A DNA stretch of 64,000 nt, from the NCBI RefSeq assembly GCF_018977255.1, contig NW_024704742.1:39930001-39994000 (forward strand). Direction: 5' to 3'. This DNA is from Callorhinchus milii. Its lineage: Eukaryota. Within the stretch, counting starts at the first letter, position 1; every line of letters starts with the position of its first letter. Below the pieces are notes generated by a model. That model searched no databases. It was not told the DNA's origin and saw nothing but the letters and a program-made list of their open reading frames with translations. The translations under genes and the position numbers were made by a program. Positions 26,200 through 38,298 of this stretch are shown here, piece after piece.

Positions 26200-26415
26200 A
26201 CAGCAAAGTCTCACAAACAGCCAAGAAATGAACAATTTTTATCCATGGGAATGTTGACCAGGAAACAGAGAGAAATGCCCCTACCTTTTGAAATAATACC
26301 ATGGGATCTTTCATGTAGACCTGGACGGGGAGATGGGATCTCGGTTTAAAGTCTCATTTGAGGATGGCACTTCTGATAAGGCAGCACCCCAACATTATAC
26401 TTGGCTTGTCAGCCT
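26200..26415 (-). mobile_element. Older Deu-domain SINE, middle fragment
   Basis: CCATGGGATCTTT...CTCGGTTTAAAGTCTCAT body motif. Confidence 0.65.
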
Positions 26416-27934
26416 AAACAAATACGAATATGTGACAAACCTGAAAAGCTGTCCAAATAAATGTTGTTTCCACTGTTACCACAGAACAAGGGTTTGCTGT
26501 TTGGTCAAACTCCAAACCGGTGGCCCACCTAGTCCATAAACTCTTATCTAAATTCAAGCTGCTGGATAACTGCAAAATCATAACAGAGGATTTCAGCTGA
26601 GTGCTTTCAGAGTGAATGATTATAAAGAAATATTAAGAATTCCAGGAATAGTTTCTAAGATACATCTTTGATCCAAGACGTAATCTCCCACATCTAACGT
26701 GTATGCAGTTTTGTGTGCTGGAGCCCACAAAATGCAACTATCTCAAGGGGTTTTAAACCTCGGTCCACTTCTATTTACTCTTGTTAGTGTAAACTTTTCA
26801 AACAAGCTGTAGAAATTCCATATTTAATCTGATATTGGCCACCAAAAAGACCTCTGTATCACTTTTTTTGACAATTTGAGTAAATATTTTAGCTTGAGTA
26901 GTGATGCAGTCTCAGTGTCAAAACCCTACTTACAGCAGTGTTTAGTCTGTAGGAATAAAACATTCCAGTTATCCAATTACTTCAGCGCTGCTCTCCTAAG
27001 AACCAGTGTGTCATCATACAAAAGAATGGAGATTGAAAGCTCCAAATTGTATTGAATAGTGTTTACTATATCAGCCCATACTTTGGTGTATGGAATGGGG
27101 ATAGTGAGAATTGTAAAGGACTTTCTCAAAAACAGCTGATGCTGAAGTATGCAAGTTAATTGGCTGAACTTCCCATCATTCTCTCACACACACACCAGTA
27201 CAAATTAAGCAGATTATACAGACAAGAGATTTGAAAAGAAATATGTAGTTAAGTATTTAAGTGAAACAATATAAAAGGATAAAAGGAAAGAACAGGGGAT
27301 TGGGGTTAGTGTAGACACACCAAATGAAAGAGCTGGAAACATCATAGCCTCAATGGGCCAAATGGCATTCTTCTGTTCTGTAATTTCTATGGCTCTAATT
27401 GCAAATATCTGGGAGCTCTGTGAAATTAAAATCCAGTGGAAAAACCACTGACAAGTCTGTCCTCATAATTACATCCGCCTCAGAATTAGACCAGAACTGT
27501 GACTGCGCTGATAGGAAGTACTCAACCCTGTAGTGCTAACATGGTCTGCGTAGATACCCAAGCTGAACAAGAGAATAGGATAGAACTTGTCCACATGTGG
27601 GTGACAGAGTTTTGACAATAATATAGAAACATAGAAATCTACAGTGCAGAAGGTCCATTGAGTCCACACAGGCTCAATTCAGAGATCAAGGAGATCAATT
27701 CAGTCCACCATCCTGCCTTAATTTCTATAATTTCTCGCAGTGACCTGGCCAACAATCCCCAGCTAAAAAAATAATAGATTGTTCACTTTACAGTTAATTG
27801 TGGGACATTGCTGTGGGAAAATTGGTTATCGTGTTCACCTACAATTAGAGATGGGTGATCCTTTCCTCGCCTCTGGCCTTCATACTTTTTTGCTTTGTGG
27901 CAATCTTTCCTGTTGCTCTCTTCACATATATTCT

Positions 27935-28280
27935 ACATAGAAACATAGGAATGTACAGGACTAAGAAAGATAATTGTAATTCAATCCAGCTGGTTGGTCT
28001 CAAAATGTTTTTATTAAAAATAATTACTTGCTGCAATATCTCATATCTCTGAATTGAATTCTTCATTAAATTGTTATCTGATTCCCTTTTGAATTTTCTC
28101 ACACAATTTGCTTTCACCGCCTAAATGGGTAGTCAAAACATATGATACACCACTCGATCTATCCACTAGATTTATTTGGTAATTCTATGGCCATGGCTCC
28201 TCTAAACCTTCACCTCTTGTTCTTCTCAAGGTTCAAACACATTAAACCCTCTGGCACCTTTCTGCACCCTTTCTGTGTTG
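27935..28280 (-). mobile_element. Degenerate CR1 3' fragment
   Basis: CATAGAAACATAG tail and CCCTCTGGCACCTTTCTGCACCCT (RVQ-RC-R region). Confidence 0.55.
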
Positions 28281-28524
28281 AAATGAAAATTCTTTCACTT
28301 TAATTGCTTCCCAGGTTGCCAAGATTCCCTTCAGTCTTTACTACCTTCATCAGGTATTTAAAGGCTAAGCTTGGTGTCAATTTACAGATCTCGTTGAACT
28401 ATATAAAAAGTATCCAGGTGATTCAACAGTTGTGTAGCTCCCTGCAACTACACGCCATACATGGATTAAACATGAGTGAACATTATGAGTTTAGGATTAA
28501 TGAGAGGAAAACAAGACTTTGTTT

Positions 28525-28625
28525 TAATAATAATAATAATCCTTGCATTTGATATAGCGCTTTTCACGTCGGGAGGACGTCCCAAAGCGCTTCACAGAAC
28601 ACACTGTAAAGTGAATTGACTGTAT
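28525..28625 (-). mobile_element. SINE 3' terminal fragment
   Basis: Essentially identical to the 9700-9795 tail. Confidence 0.88.
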
Positions 28626-28759
28626 ACTTATATTGTCTGCAACTCTTTGCAGGCATGGTAGTGTACTGCACCCGGGACCTCCGCCTACATTGCGGTTGTA
28701 ATACACAAAATGTCATATTCCTCTGGAATGCTGCAGCGAGTTTATTAAACCATATCAGA

Positions 28760-29033
28760 ACTCTTTTCTCTCTATAATCTCCCACTATTGCCTTATTTTG
28801 TCTTGCACCATCAACACCTCTGATCTCATCATCCACTGTCCTCCACCTAATTTTTTTCCTTTGTCTTTCTTTCCCCGCCCCCTTCTCTGTTTGTCCTTAG
28901 AAACTGTTCCCCTTCCAACATCTCCAAGTTCTGACAAAGGGTCATCGACCTGAAACGTTAACTCACTTTCCTCTCTCCATAGATTCTGGCTGACCTGCTG
29001 AGTGTTTTCAGCAACTTCTGTTCTTATTTCATA
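28760..29033 (+). mobile_element. Penelope-like element terminal fragment with a degenerate hammerhead core
   Basis: Pyrimidine-rich tract, then AGTT-CTGACAA-AGGGTCATCGACCT-GAAACGTT-AACT, then CTGACCTGCTGAGT. Confidence 0.7.
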
Positions 29034-29331
29034 ACTTTTAAAAATGGTGGAAAACCAGATCTATACTTACCACAAGCATCTACCACAGCTCACAGCTGCC
29101 TACTCAAAACTCAAGATTCCTAATATACCTTTGGGTTTACAGGCCCAACATATCCCACACTTGCAGCCTAATTTCTTCCATGTCCAGTATTTGTTTATTG
29201 GCTTGAAAAGTTGGTTATACTGGTGTGGATCCTTTGAAAGATGTTAGGCCAATTAGGACAATTTATAATAATAATAATAATTCCTACATTTGATACAGTG
29301 CCTTATCACATCATTAAGTGCTTCACAGAAT

Positions 29332-30405
29332 ACAACAAAATTATGTTTGTATAGCGCCATTCACGTTTGGAGGACGTCACAAGGCGCTGGACAATCAGTG
29401 TTTCGGACCCGAGCTGGAGGTCGGAATCGGGGAAGGTGGAGGGCACGATGGGGTAGAAGAGTGACTGAAGGCACAGTCGACGAGATGGGTCTTGGGACGG
29501 GTCTTGAAGGAGGCAAGGGAGGGGGCGAGGCATAGGGACTGCGGGATGGAGTTCCAGTGGAGGCAGAGTGGCAGAAGGCTCGCCCGCCAGGGGTTGGCAA
29601 GGCAGGGGACGTGAAGCAGGCCGGAGCCCACCGAGCAGAGGGAGCGGGCAGGTTGGTAGGGGTTTAGAAGGTCACAGTGGTAGGGGGATCAAGACCATGG
29701 AGGACTTTGAAGATGAGGACCAGGATCTTGAACTGTATCCTCTATGTGATGGGAAGCCTTTGGAGTTGGGTGAGGATGGGGGTGATGGGATTGTGGCACC
29801 TGATGCGGGAGAGGACACAGGCTGGAGGCCGACAAGCAAGGAGTTTGCATAGTTGAGTTTGGATGCAGTGGGCCTGCAGTGTGAGACAGTGGTAGAGCCA
29901 GGTGATGTTGTGGAGGTGGGGGAAGGCAGAGCAGAACTTGGCATGGATGTGGGGTAGAAAGGATAGTTGAGGGTCAAACAAGATGCCAAAGTTCCGAACA
30001 GGCTTAGTAAGGTGGAGTGTGCAACCATGGATGGTGATGCTGAGGTATGAAGACGCTGAGGGGAGCCAATCAGGAGGGCCTCGGTCATGTTGACGTTTAA
30101 CTATAGAAAGTTCGCTCTCATCCAGGATTTGATGTCTGACAGACGTTCTGTCAGGACAGCAGTGATCCTGGAGTCAAGGGTGGAGGCAAAGAAATAGAAT
30201 TGGGTGTCATCCGCATACGCGTGGAAGTCTGCGGATGATGTCACCAAGAGGGAGCATATAGATATTGAAGAGGAGGGGACTAAGGACAGAGCCCAGAGGA
30301 ACGCCACATGAGACAGTATGGGGACTAGAGAAGAAACAATTTGTGGAGATGAAGTGGAGCCAGTGTGAGAAGTAGGATCTGAACCATTCATGGACAGAAC
30401 CATGA
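29332..30405 (-). mobile_element. L2 LINE, 5'-truncated
   Basis: FHAYADDTQFY RT motif, LSDIKSWMRANFL and an L2 tail. Confidence 0.9.
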
Positions 30406-30410
30406 AGGTT

Positions 30411-30733
30411 GTGGAGTCCTATAGCTCAGTGGTTAGAGCACTCGCCTTGCAAGTGAGACACCCGGGTTCAATTCCAGGCAGGGTGAAACCTTGGCAAGTT
30501 TCCTTACTCCACACGCCTAATAATAATCCCTCCAAAAAACAAAACAATAATAAAAAATTGGTCATTTTTAATCCATGACTGTTTGTGGGACACTGCTGCG
30601 TGCAATTGGCTGCCGCATTCGCCAACAAATATACAGTCAATTCACTTTACAGTATATTCTGTGAAGCGCTTTGGGACGTCTAGAAGACGTGAAAAGCGCT
30701 ATATCAAATGCAAGGATTATTATTATTATTATT
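30411..30733 (+). mobile_element. tRNA-headed SINE, short subfamily, full length
   Basis: GTGGAGTCCTATAGCTCAGTGGTTAGAGCAC...GGTTCAATTCC...CAAATGCAAGGA(TTA)n. Confidence 0.92.
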
Positions 30734-30769
30734 GAGATGAGAGGAGAGGATATAGGGTAAAGTGAAATG

Positions 30770-30965
30770 ATAGTGTGTATTTTATGGACAAACAGGGCAG
30801 GCAACTTACAAATAGCAATGTGCCACAAAAAGTCTTAGGGAGTGTGACTAATTTTATTTGGGGATTGTTGGCCAGGACACCGGGAGAAATTCTTTTCTCT
30901 AAGTAGTGCCATGGGATCTTTAACATCTATGTGGATAGGCAGACAGGACCTCAGTTTAATATATC
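30770..30965 (-). mobile_element. Older Deu-domain SINE fragment
   Basis: GGCCAGGACACCGGGAG...GTGCCATGGGATCTTTAAC body. Confidence 0.7.
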
Positions 30966-31236
30966 AAAATGAAATTACTTTCTACACACTTGTATGTGCA
31001 AATACTTAAGTGAGATCTCTGCAAAGGTAGATGATGGTTTCTGAATAAAGAAAAAAAAATGATATGCAGATTTATTTGCAACTATAAACCTCAGACTGCA
31101 GACAGCTGCAGCTGTTCAATTGGCCATGTAGATGAGCATTCAATTTTCAATAAAGATAATAATATTAATCATCCTTGCATTTGATATAGCACCGTATCAC
31201 ATAGTCAAGACATTTTAAAGCCCTTCATAGGATATA

Positions 31237-31760
31237 CAGTCAAATCTGTTAAAGCAACCACCTCTATTCAGCAACCACCTGCTGTCAACAACCACGCTGA
31301 AACGGTCCCAACCGATTTTCCATAATAATAATAATCCTTGCATTTGATATAGCACCTTATCACATCTTTGAGATATCTCAAAGCATTTCACAGAATATAC
31401 TGTAAAGTGAATTGACTATATTTTGTGGGCGAAGCGCGACAGCCAACTAACTGCACACAGCAGTGTACCACAAACAGTCATGGATTGAATAAACAATTTA
31501 TTATTTTTTTGAAGGAATTATTACTCCCGGAAAAGTGATCTGCCAATCAACTAACAACCAGTTTCCTAATTACTGCAGGTAAACAGAGGTATGTGGAGTA
31601 AGGAAACTTGCGTAACATTTCACCCACCTGGGAATCAAACCCAGATCCCTCGTTTGTGAGACAAATGCTCTAACCACTGAGCTACAGAACTCCTGATATA
31701 TAAACCACTTCTATTCGGCAACCACCTGTCAAGCACAATGAGTGGCCACTCTATTTTAGC
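31237..31760. mobile_element. Tc1/mariner (pogo/Tigger-like) non-autonomous fragment interrupted by a SINE
   Basis: TA-CAGTCAAATCTG...AAGCAACCACC terminus with repeated GCAACCACCT motifs that resume after 31693. Confidence 0.6.
31322..31693 (-). mobile_element. tRNA-headed SINE, long subfamily, full length
   Basis: Head, central segment, Deu core and (TTA)n tail are all present. Confidence 0.88.
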
Positions 31761-32524
31761 CCTATCAGTGAAGAGATACCCTCTTTAATAGCCAGTTCTA
31801 AATGAATTTAAGGCTATTTCCACTGGGATGTGTGTAGACTCTTGGCACATTTACCAACACTGCACTGTCCACATGATGCCCACAGCTTCCCACCTCACTG
31901 AAGAGGTCATTGCATTGAAAGGTTTTTATGAAAATGTTTTTAAGATGTATCAGAGTATATGCAATGGCTAATTAGATGGCCCATGTGGAACATTTCTAAA
32001 GATGACTCACTAACTCATGTACAAAGGAATAGTTGACTTTGGAGGCAGATAATAACAGATGGAGAAGGATTTAGTGTGGTTCAAGGGAATAGCTAGATTT
32101 ACATTAGGATTTGATTTCCTTTCAATTGCAAATGAGAGAAAGTGGAATCTGAGAAATAGAGGAGTGGTTTTACAGAGATTGCTTTTATTTGTGTAAAATT
32201 AATCAGAATATCCTTCTGTGTAATATTACCACATATTTGATGTTGGCATACTACTAACACAATTAATTATGCAGTAAATGTATCCAATTTATTAAAACCT
32301 ACCTTTAGTTTGATATATGGGTTTGTATGTGCATTGAATTTTTCTATAAACTTAGAAATTTTATACATACACAGTACATACATATACTTACACAGATTGT
32401 CTTCCTGCACTAAACATGTTGTAAAGCTTACAGCTAATACATGATGCTGAAACAAATTGGAATATTTCAAATGATAGAACAAGTCAAATATCTGGAAAAG
32501 ATCTATTATTGTAATATTACCTAT

Positions 32525-32813
32525 TATAATAACAATGTTTGCATTTGATATAGCGTCTTATCATATCATTGAGACATCTCATAGTGCTTTGCAGAATATA
32601 CTGTAAAGTGTAGTTTGTGGGCGAAACACGGCAGCCAATTGCGCATAGCAGTGTTCCACAAGCAATCGTGGATAGAGTGACCTACTTACTTCTAGGTAAA
32701 CAGAGGCATATGGAGTAAGGAAATTTTCCCAAGGTTTCACACCACCCAGGAATCAAACCCAAGTCCTCTCATTTGCGAGGTGAGTGCTCTAACCATTCTG
32801 CTACGAGACTCCA
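32525..32813 (-). mobile_element. tRNA-headed SINE with an internal deletion
   Basis: Head at ~32750-32813, tail at ~32530-32570. Confidence 0.8.
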
Positions 32814-33754
32814 CTATTGTGTTCTGTGGAGCATTTGCTTATTTCACTCTGCATATCCCTATATCCCCCTAAACTATTCTCAAACAGATATTTATTGACC
32901 TTGTTTTTAAGGAATTAATCGACACAGCATCAACTGCTGTTGATTTTTTTTCTTTTTCGCAAAAAATGATGAGACATCTTAAGAAATTATCATTGTAAGT
33001 CTATGGCGACATTAAACCCTCTTTCCAGTTTGACTAACCCTTTAACATTTTTGTCTTATTAAACCTAAACGCATAATATTCGCTCATATCTAATTCATGC
33101 GTAGCTACCACTTTACCGTTCCAGTGGAAGCAACACATCTTATTATCCTGTTGAACTCACCTGATACAGGGAATAGTTCAACTAGATCCATGCATTTATG
33201 CAATACCTATTCTGTCAAAACATGATCAGACTGGGACAATCACGGATTTGTTCTTTTCAAGAATGTGTTGCCAGAGAAATTTGACCTTCCTAAATCTATA
33301 TTTGTCTAATATCTACAATTCAGAAATAGAACCTCTTATTTATTTCCATGTCTGGATGATTTCCCTTTAACCTCCTCGTCTGAAAAATCATAAAATATAT
33401 TTTCAGCATTCTCCACATGTGGTAGCAATCGTTTTACTATTGACTAAATGTAGAGACAGCCTGGTACACGTTTCTTTTACACCATGATTACTCTGTGTAA
33501 TTTAACTAAAGCCTCTAACACTTAATTTTAACTGGATTAAAAATTATAATGAATGATACAGACACACCATAGAAAGAGATCGATATCTTGATCTATTTGG
33601 AAAATATGATACTGCAAGATAAGCAATCCATTTCTCCTGTATGGACATCAACATTTTTGTCAAAATATATGCACTTCTTAGATTTTTTTGAAAATATTGT
33701 GACATTGGGATCTTTGTGGTGATGAATAGCAAATACTTAGAGGGTGAATATATA

Positions 33755-34130
33755 AAATAATCCTTGCATTACATGTTGGGTGAACAACATCAAAACCACT
33801 TCACAGTTAATTGCTGTTAAGGGAAGTGACTTTGTATTTGTTGGTGAACATGGAAGGCAATTTGCACACAGCAATGCCCCACACACATCTATCAAATGAA
33901 TGACCAATTTATTTGGAGTATTGTTGGTGAAGATATCGGGAGAAACTACCTTTTATTAAATGTGATAAGATCTTTAAAGTCCATCTGAACAGGCAGACAG
34001 GACCTTAGGTGACTTGTTCCCCCCGCGCTGCACTGAAGTGTCAGTGCAGATTATGCAATCAAAGTCCTCCTTGAATGCAAATTCTTCTGCCCCGGAGGCA
34101 GGATTGCTACTAAGTGAACCAGTTTGGCAC
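33755..34130 (-). mobile_element. Older Deu-domain SINE
   Basis: Reverse complement resembles 2812-3200 along its length. Confidence 0.65.
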
Positions 34131-34294
34131 ATTTACTACGGAAGTCTGTTAAACTGTTGAAGAAAGTGATGGCTCACATTGCCAATTCCACTTATAGGAT
34201 ACATTAAAGTCAATGTGGTAATTGCATCACATTTAATTTTTCATTTTATCCAGTTGGTGAAAGTATTGCCCATTGTATAACTCAACCAAATTGA

Positions 34295-34572
34295 TCAGGA
34301 AGAGTGTCAAATTAATCGCTATTCTTTGCTGAGTTATCTGATCTCAGCTGGGGCAGCAGATTGGCACAACAATTGGCTTGAGCATTCGGATTATGAAGGG
34401 AAATATCAGCAAGGGTTTCCTGTCTTGATCACTGTCACTGTTGTTTCCTTGTAAAGTGCATGTGTGTAGATTTTTAATGATAACAGGATTAGATTTAGCT
34501 CTGTTGTCTCTGATGCTTAAACAATCTGCTGACTCTTACTGTCAAAGCTCACACATAAAGAATAGCCACTTG
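34295..34572 (+). repeat. Old interspersed repeat, probably a SINE; family unassigned
   Basis: GCTGAGTTATCTGATCTCAGC...CACACATAAAGAATAGCCACTTG; related pieces at 7500, 42878 and 59445 (minus). Confidence 0.6.
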
Positions 34573-34609
34573 TTTGAGTTACCAAATATGTTTGTTCGTT
34601 TGTTTGTCC

Positions 34610-34981
34610 GTGGAGTCCTGAAGTGTATTGGTTAGAGCACTCACCTCAAAAGCAAGAGGACCCGGGTTCGATTCCTGGGGAGAGCGGAACCTTAGGCAAT
34701 TTTCCTTACTATCTATACCTATGTTTACCTAACAGTAAATAAGAACCCGGTTGGTAGACAATTAACGGTTCGCTTTCTGGGGGTAATAATCCCTTTAAAA
34801 AAATGTGGTCACTCAATCCATGACTGTTTATGGGAGACTGCTGTGCGCAATTAGCTGCCGTGTTTTACCCAAAAATATACAGTCAATTCACTTTACAGTG
34901 TATTCTGTAAAGAACTTGAAGATGCCTCAACAGTGTGATAAGGCGCTATATCAAATGCAAGGATTCTTATTATCATTATTA
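34610..34981 (+). mobile_element. tRNA-headed SINE, long subfamily, full length
   Basis: GTGGAGTCCTG head, GGTTCGATTCC B box, central segment and tail. Confidence 0.88.
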
Positions 34982-35359
34982 CCAAAGAACAACCACATCC
35001 ATGAAAATCTACCCAAGCACAAGAAGTTGGGACCTTCAGGAAAGGATAGCATTTGAAGGGGGGAAAGGAAACAAAAAATAAATTTACCTCAATTCAGCAT
35101 GTTACAGGGAATGGTAATTAAGTTTGCCAATTCCAAAAAAAAATGTGCTTTCTGCTTTTAGGACAACACATCTACTTCAGTTTTATAACATGCAAGTTAC
35201 TTTCATTGGAAAAAAAACATTGGAAAATTATATAGCAGTAAAACTGAACCTACCTTCCAATATACGGTGAAATATATAACACGTTTCTTATTTTCTCCCA
35301 ACAGGTTAAGTGGCCAGACCCAAGTGATCGGAGGATCACTTGATAAACTCAACTAATAC

Positions 35360-35627
35360 AATCCTCATGCCTTCGTCATCTCCTCTCCATCATTGGTGGC
35401 CGTGCTTTCACCACTATACCTGGAAACTCTGAAACTCCCTTTCTCAATTCTTTCACCTTGCTCCCTGTTTGCCTATCCTTCAGACCGCACCTGAAGACCT
35501 TCCTCTTTGACCATGCCAAAGGTCACCTCTCATATCTCCATGGCTAAGCATGAACCTATACCATTGCTAAGCGCTCTGAGATGCTACTCCGCAGAAAGGA
35601 CGCTATATGAATGCTAGTTGATGTTGT
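35360..35627 (+). mobile_element. Degenerate L2 3' end
   Basis: GGTGGCCGTGCTTTCA...CTGAAGACCTTCCTCTTTGACC...GCGCTCTGAG. Confidence 0.7.
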
Positions 35628-35879
35628 AGAATACTATAACTTCATTAATCCATGGCAAAAAATTATTTGATGTAATTTACATTGTATTTGAAAAGATGAG
35701 ATTGTTCAGTTGGGATTCTGAGACACTTTCTCTACTTTGGCCTCTTTCTTTTTCCTGCATATCTGCTGCACAGACAATTCCCTGTGTAGAGGCTGAGAAG
35801 TAGCCTGTCCTTGTGCCAAGGCCAATGAGCTGTTAGGAGTATTAAGGTATCTCAGTTTCATACTTTTTCTTGTTCCCTC

Positions 35880-36228
35880 CGGAGAGGCAAGATCATGGAG
35901 GGCTTTAAAAGTGAGGATGAGAATCTTGAACTCGATCCTCTGGGGATGGGGAGCTAGAGGAGCTGGATGATGATGGGGATGATAGGCCTGTGGAACCTGC
36001 AGCGGAAGAGGGCACAAGCTGCACAGTTCCATATAGTCTGCAGCTTGTGGAGGGAAGAGTTGGGAGTACAGCAAGCAGGGAATTAGTGTAGTCAAGCCTG
36101 GACATGATGAAAGCATGGATTAGTGTCTATGCAGCTAGAGGGAAGAGCTAGTGGCGGAGGTGGACAATGTTGTGGAGATGGGGGAAGGCTGGATGGGTAA
36201 AGGTACAGATATGGGGTTTAAAGGCCAG
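35880..36228 (-). mobile_element. L2 fragment
   Basis: SRLDYTNSLLA and QRIEFKILILTFKALHDLA. Confidence 0.85.
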
Positions 36229-36234
36229 TTATAA

Positions 36235-36572
36235 TAAAAATAATCCTTGCATTTGATTATCCCCATCAGTTCTTCGAGACATCTCAAAGTGTTTCGCAGG
36301 ATACACTATAAAGTGTAGTGACTGTGTATTTTGTGGGCGAAACGCGGCAGCCAATAGCGAACAGCAGTGTCCCACAAACAGTCTTGGATTGATTGACCAC
36401 ATTATTATTATTACTTGTTTGGAGGGATTCTTACCCCCGGAAAGCGATCCAATTGACGAACAAGCGGGATCCTACTTACTGCGAGGTAAACAGAGGTGTG
36501 TGTGTGGAGTAAGAAAACCTGCCTAAGATTTCGCCCTGCCCGGAAATTTAACCCAGGTCCTCTCACTTGCAA
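36235..36572 (-). mobile_element. tRNA-headed SINE, long subfamily, inserted in an L2
   Basis: Lies between two colinear L2 pieces. Confidence 0.85.
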
Positions 36573-36579
36573 AATTTGC

Positions 36580-36862
36580 AAAGGCAGTTGAGAGTTGAAC
36601 AACAACACTTAGGTTCTGTACTGGCTCTGTGATGTGGAATGTACATCCATAGATAGAGATGCTGTCAGTGCCTGAGGTGAAAAGGTGCTGACAGGAGCCA
36701 AGCAGGAGAACCTCTGTCTTGTCGACATTGAACTGTAGAAAGTTAGTTCTCATCCAGGACTTGATGTCTGACAGACGTTCCGTTAGGACAGCAATGGTTC
36801 TGCAATCGAGGGTGGAGCCAAAGAGATAGAGTTGGGTGTCATCTGCATACATGTGAAAGTTC
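36580..36862 (-). mobile_element. L2 fragment, RT C-terminal part
   Basis: YADDTQLYL...LSDIKSWMRTNFLQFNVDKTEVLLLGS. Confidence 0.88.
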
Positions 36863-37794
36863 AGCTCGATTAAATAACCCAGCGTATTTTCCCCTCTAGC
36901 TAATGGAAAATGATACAGATTCTTTTATCTAAAATAATCTGCGGCTGGCAATGCTGTCAACACTCACTAAAGACCTGAAAGGCTGAAGGGATTTCATTTT
37001 ATATCGGCGAGAGCCTTGAAGTTATCAGCTAACCATAACTGTTAAGAGAGGTCATCTTGCAATGTGTAAACTAATGGCTCCTCTTCTGCTACTGAAGTAG
37101 ATATGTATTCTATCCAGTTTCTTCAGCAGCAACTACACATAATCCTGATTTGCCCGTAAGGCTGGATTCCCCACACATAATACAGACACATTACAATGCT
37201 TCCTGTAAAGGAGAGAAGTTATTGCCAGAAGTGCTCAGCTGTTAAACTGAGATAACCTCAGCTCTGTCTGAAGCAGTGGCATAAATTTCATGTAGACAAT
37301 TACTTTTTGTCAGGTTGTCAGATTAGCAGACATGTCACAGAATAGCAGAAGGAAAAAGGGAACTTCTCAGTTACATCAAAGAATCTTGGTTCCTGCTCCA
37401 TCAGCTCTTTGTCATTTAATTTCATGAATGAGGGACAGGGAGGACCACAAATAACAACCGCAGAAGGTTCATGTGAAGAAATGTTCAGAAATGTTCAGAA
37501 AAGTGCATTGAATATTTCTTCTTAAGATGAAAGGCCAATCCTTGATCCAGATTCACCCTTATAATCATTTACATTTAAACTTATAATCAAGTCTGCGGCT
37601 TCTCATTTTAGACATGATTCAGGGAAGTAAGGATAGGATGCCAGATTTTCAAAACCGAAAAAACTTGTGTTTGGCATAGAAAATATAATTAAATTTGAGT
37701 CACCAAATTGTAATAATGGTGAAACAGCAAAGGCTGAATGAAGTATCTGGCATCAAGACTCAAAGTTTGTAAATTATGATCTCTGGAACCATAT

Positions 37795-38298
37795 TGTTGC
37801 CATTGGAGAGGGTGCAAAGGAGATTTACCAGGATGGTACCAGGAATTAGGGATTTCATTTATCAAGACAGGCTAGAGAAGCCAGGATTATTCTCCTTGGA
37901 GAAGAGAAGGTTATGAGGAGACTTAATAGAGGTTTTCAAAATTATGAGGGGAGTCGATAGGGTGAACAAGGAGAAACTATTTCCACTGGCAGGTGGGTCG
38001 GCAACCTGAGGACACTGATTTAAAATAGTTGTTAAAAGAAACAGAGGGAAGGTGAGAAGAATTTTTTTCACACAGCGAGTTATTCAGATCTGGACTGCAT
38101 TGTCTGAAAGGGTGGTGGAAACCAATTCGTAATAACTTTTAAGAGAGAAGTAGATAGTTATTTGGGGAGGATAAGTTTGCAGGGCTAAGGGGAGAGGGCG
38201 GGGGAGTGGGATTGATTTTGATAGCTATTTTCAAAGATCCGGCACAGACCCGATGAGCTGAATGGCCTCTTTCGGTGCTGTATAATTCTATGATTCTA
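37795..38298 (+). mobile_element. CR1 3' fragment
   Basis: LERVQRRFTRMVPG...FSLEKRRL-GDLIEVFKIM; tail TTCTATGATTCT. Confidence 0.88.

Noticed and set aside
30411..30485. tRNA-Ala(TGC)-like sequence (also near 1670-1741, 9945-10018 and 63175-63250)
   Set aside because: Each is fused to the same SINE body and tail and lacks a proper acceptor stem, so these are SINE heads rather than tRNA genes.
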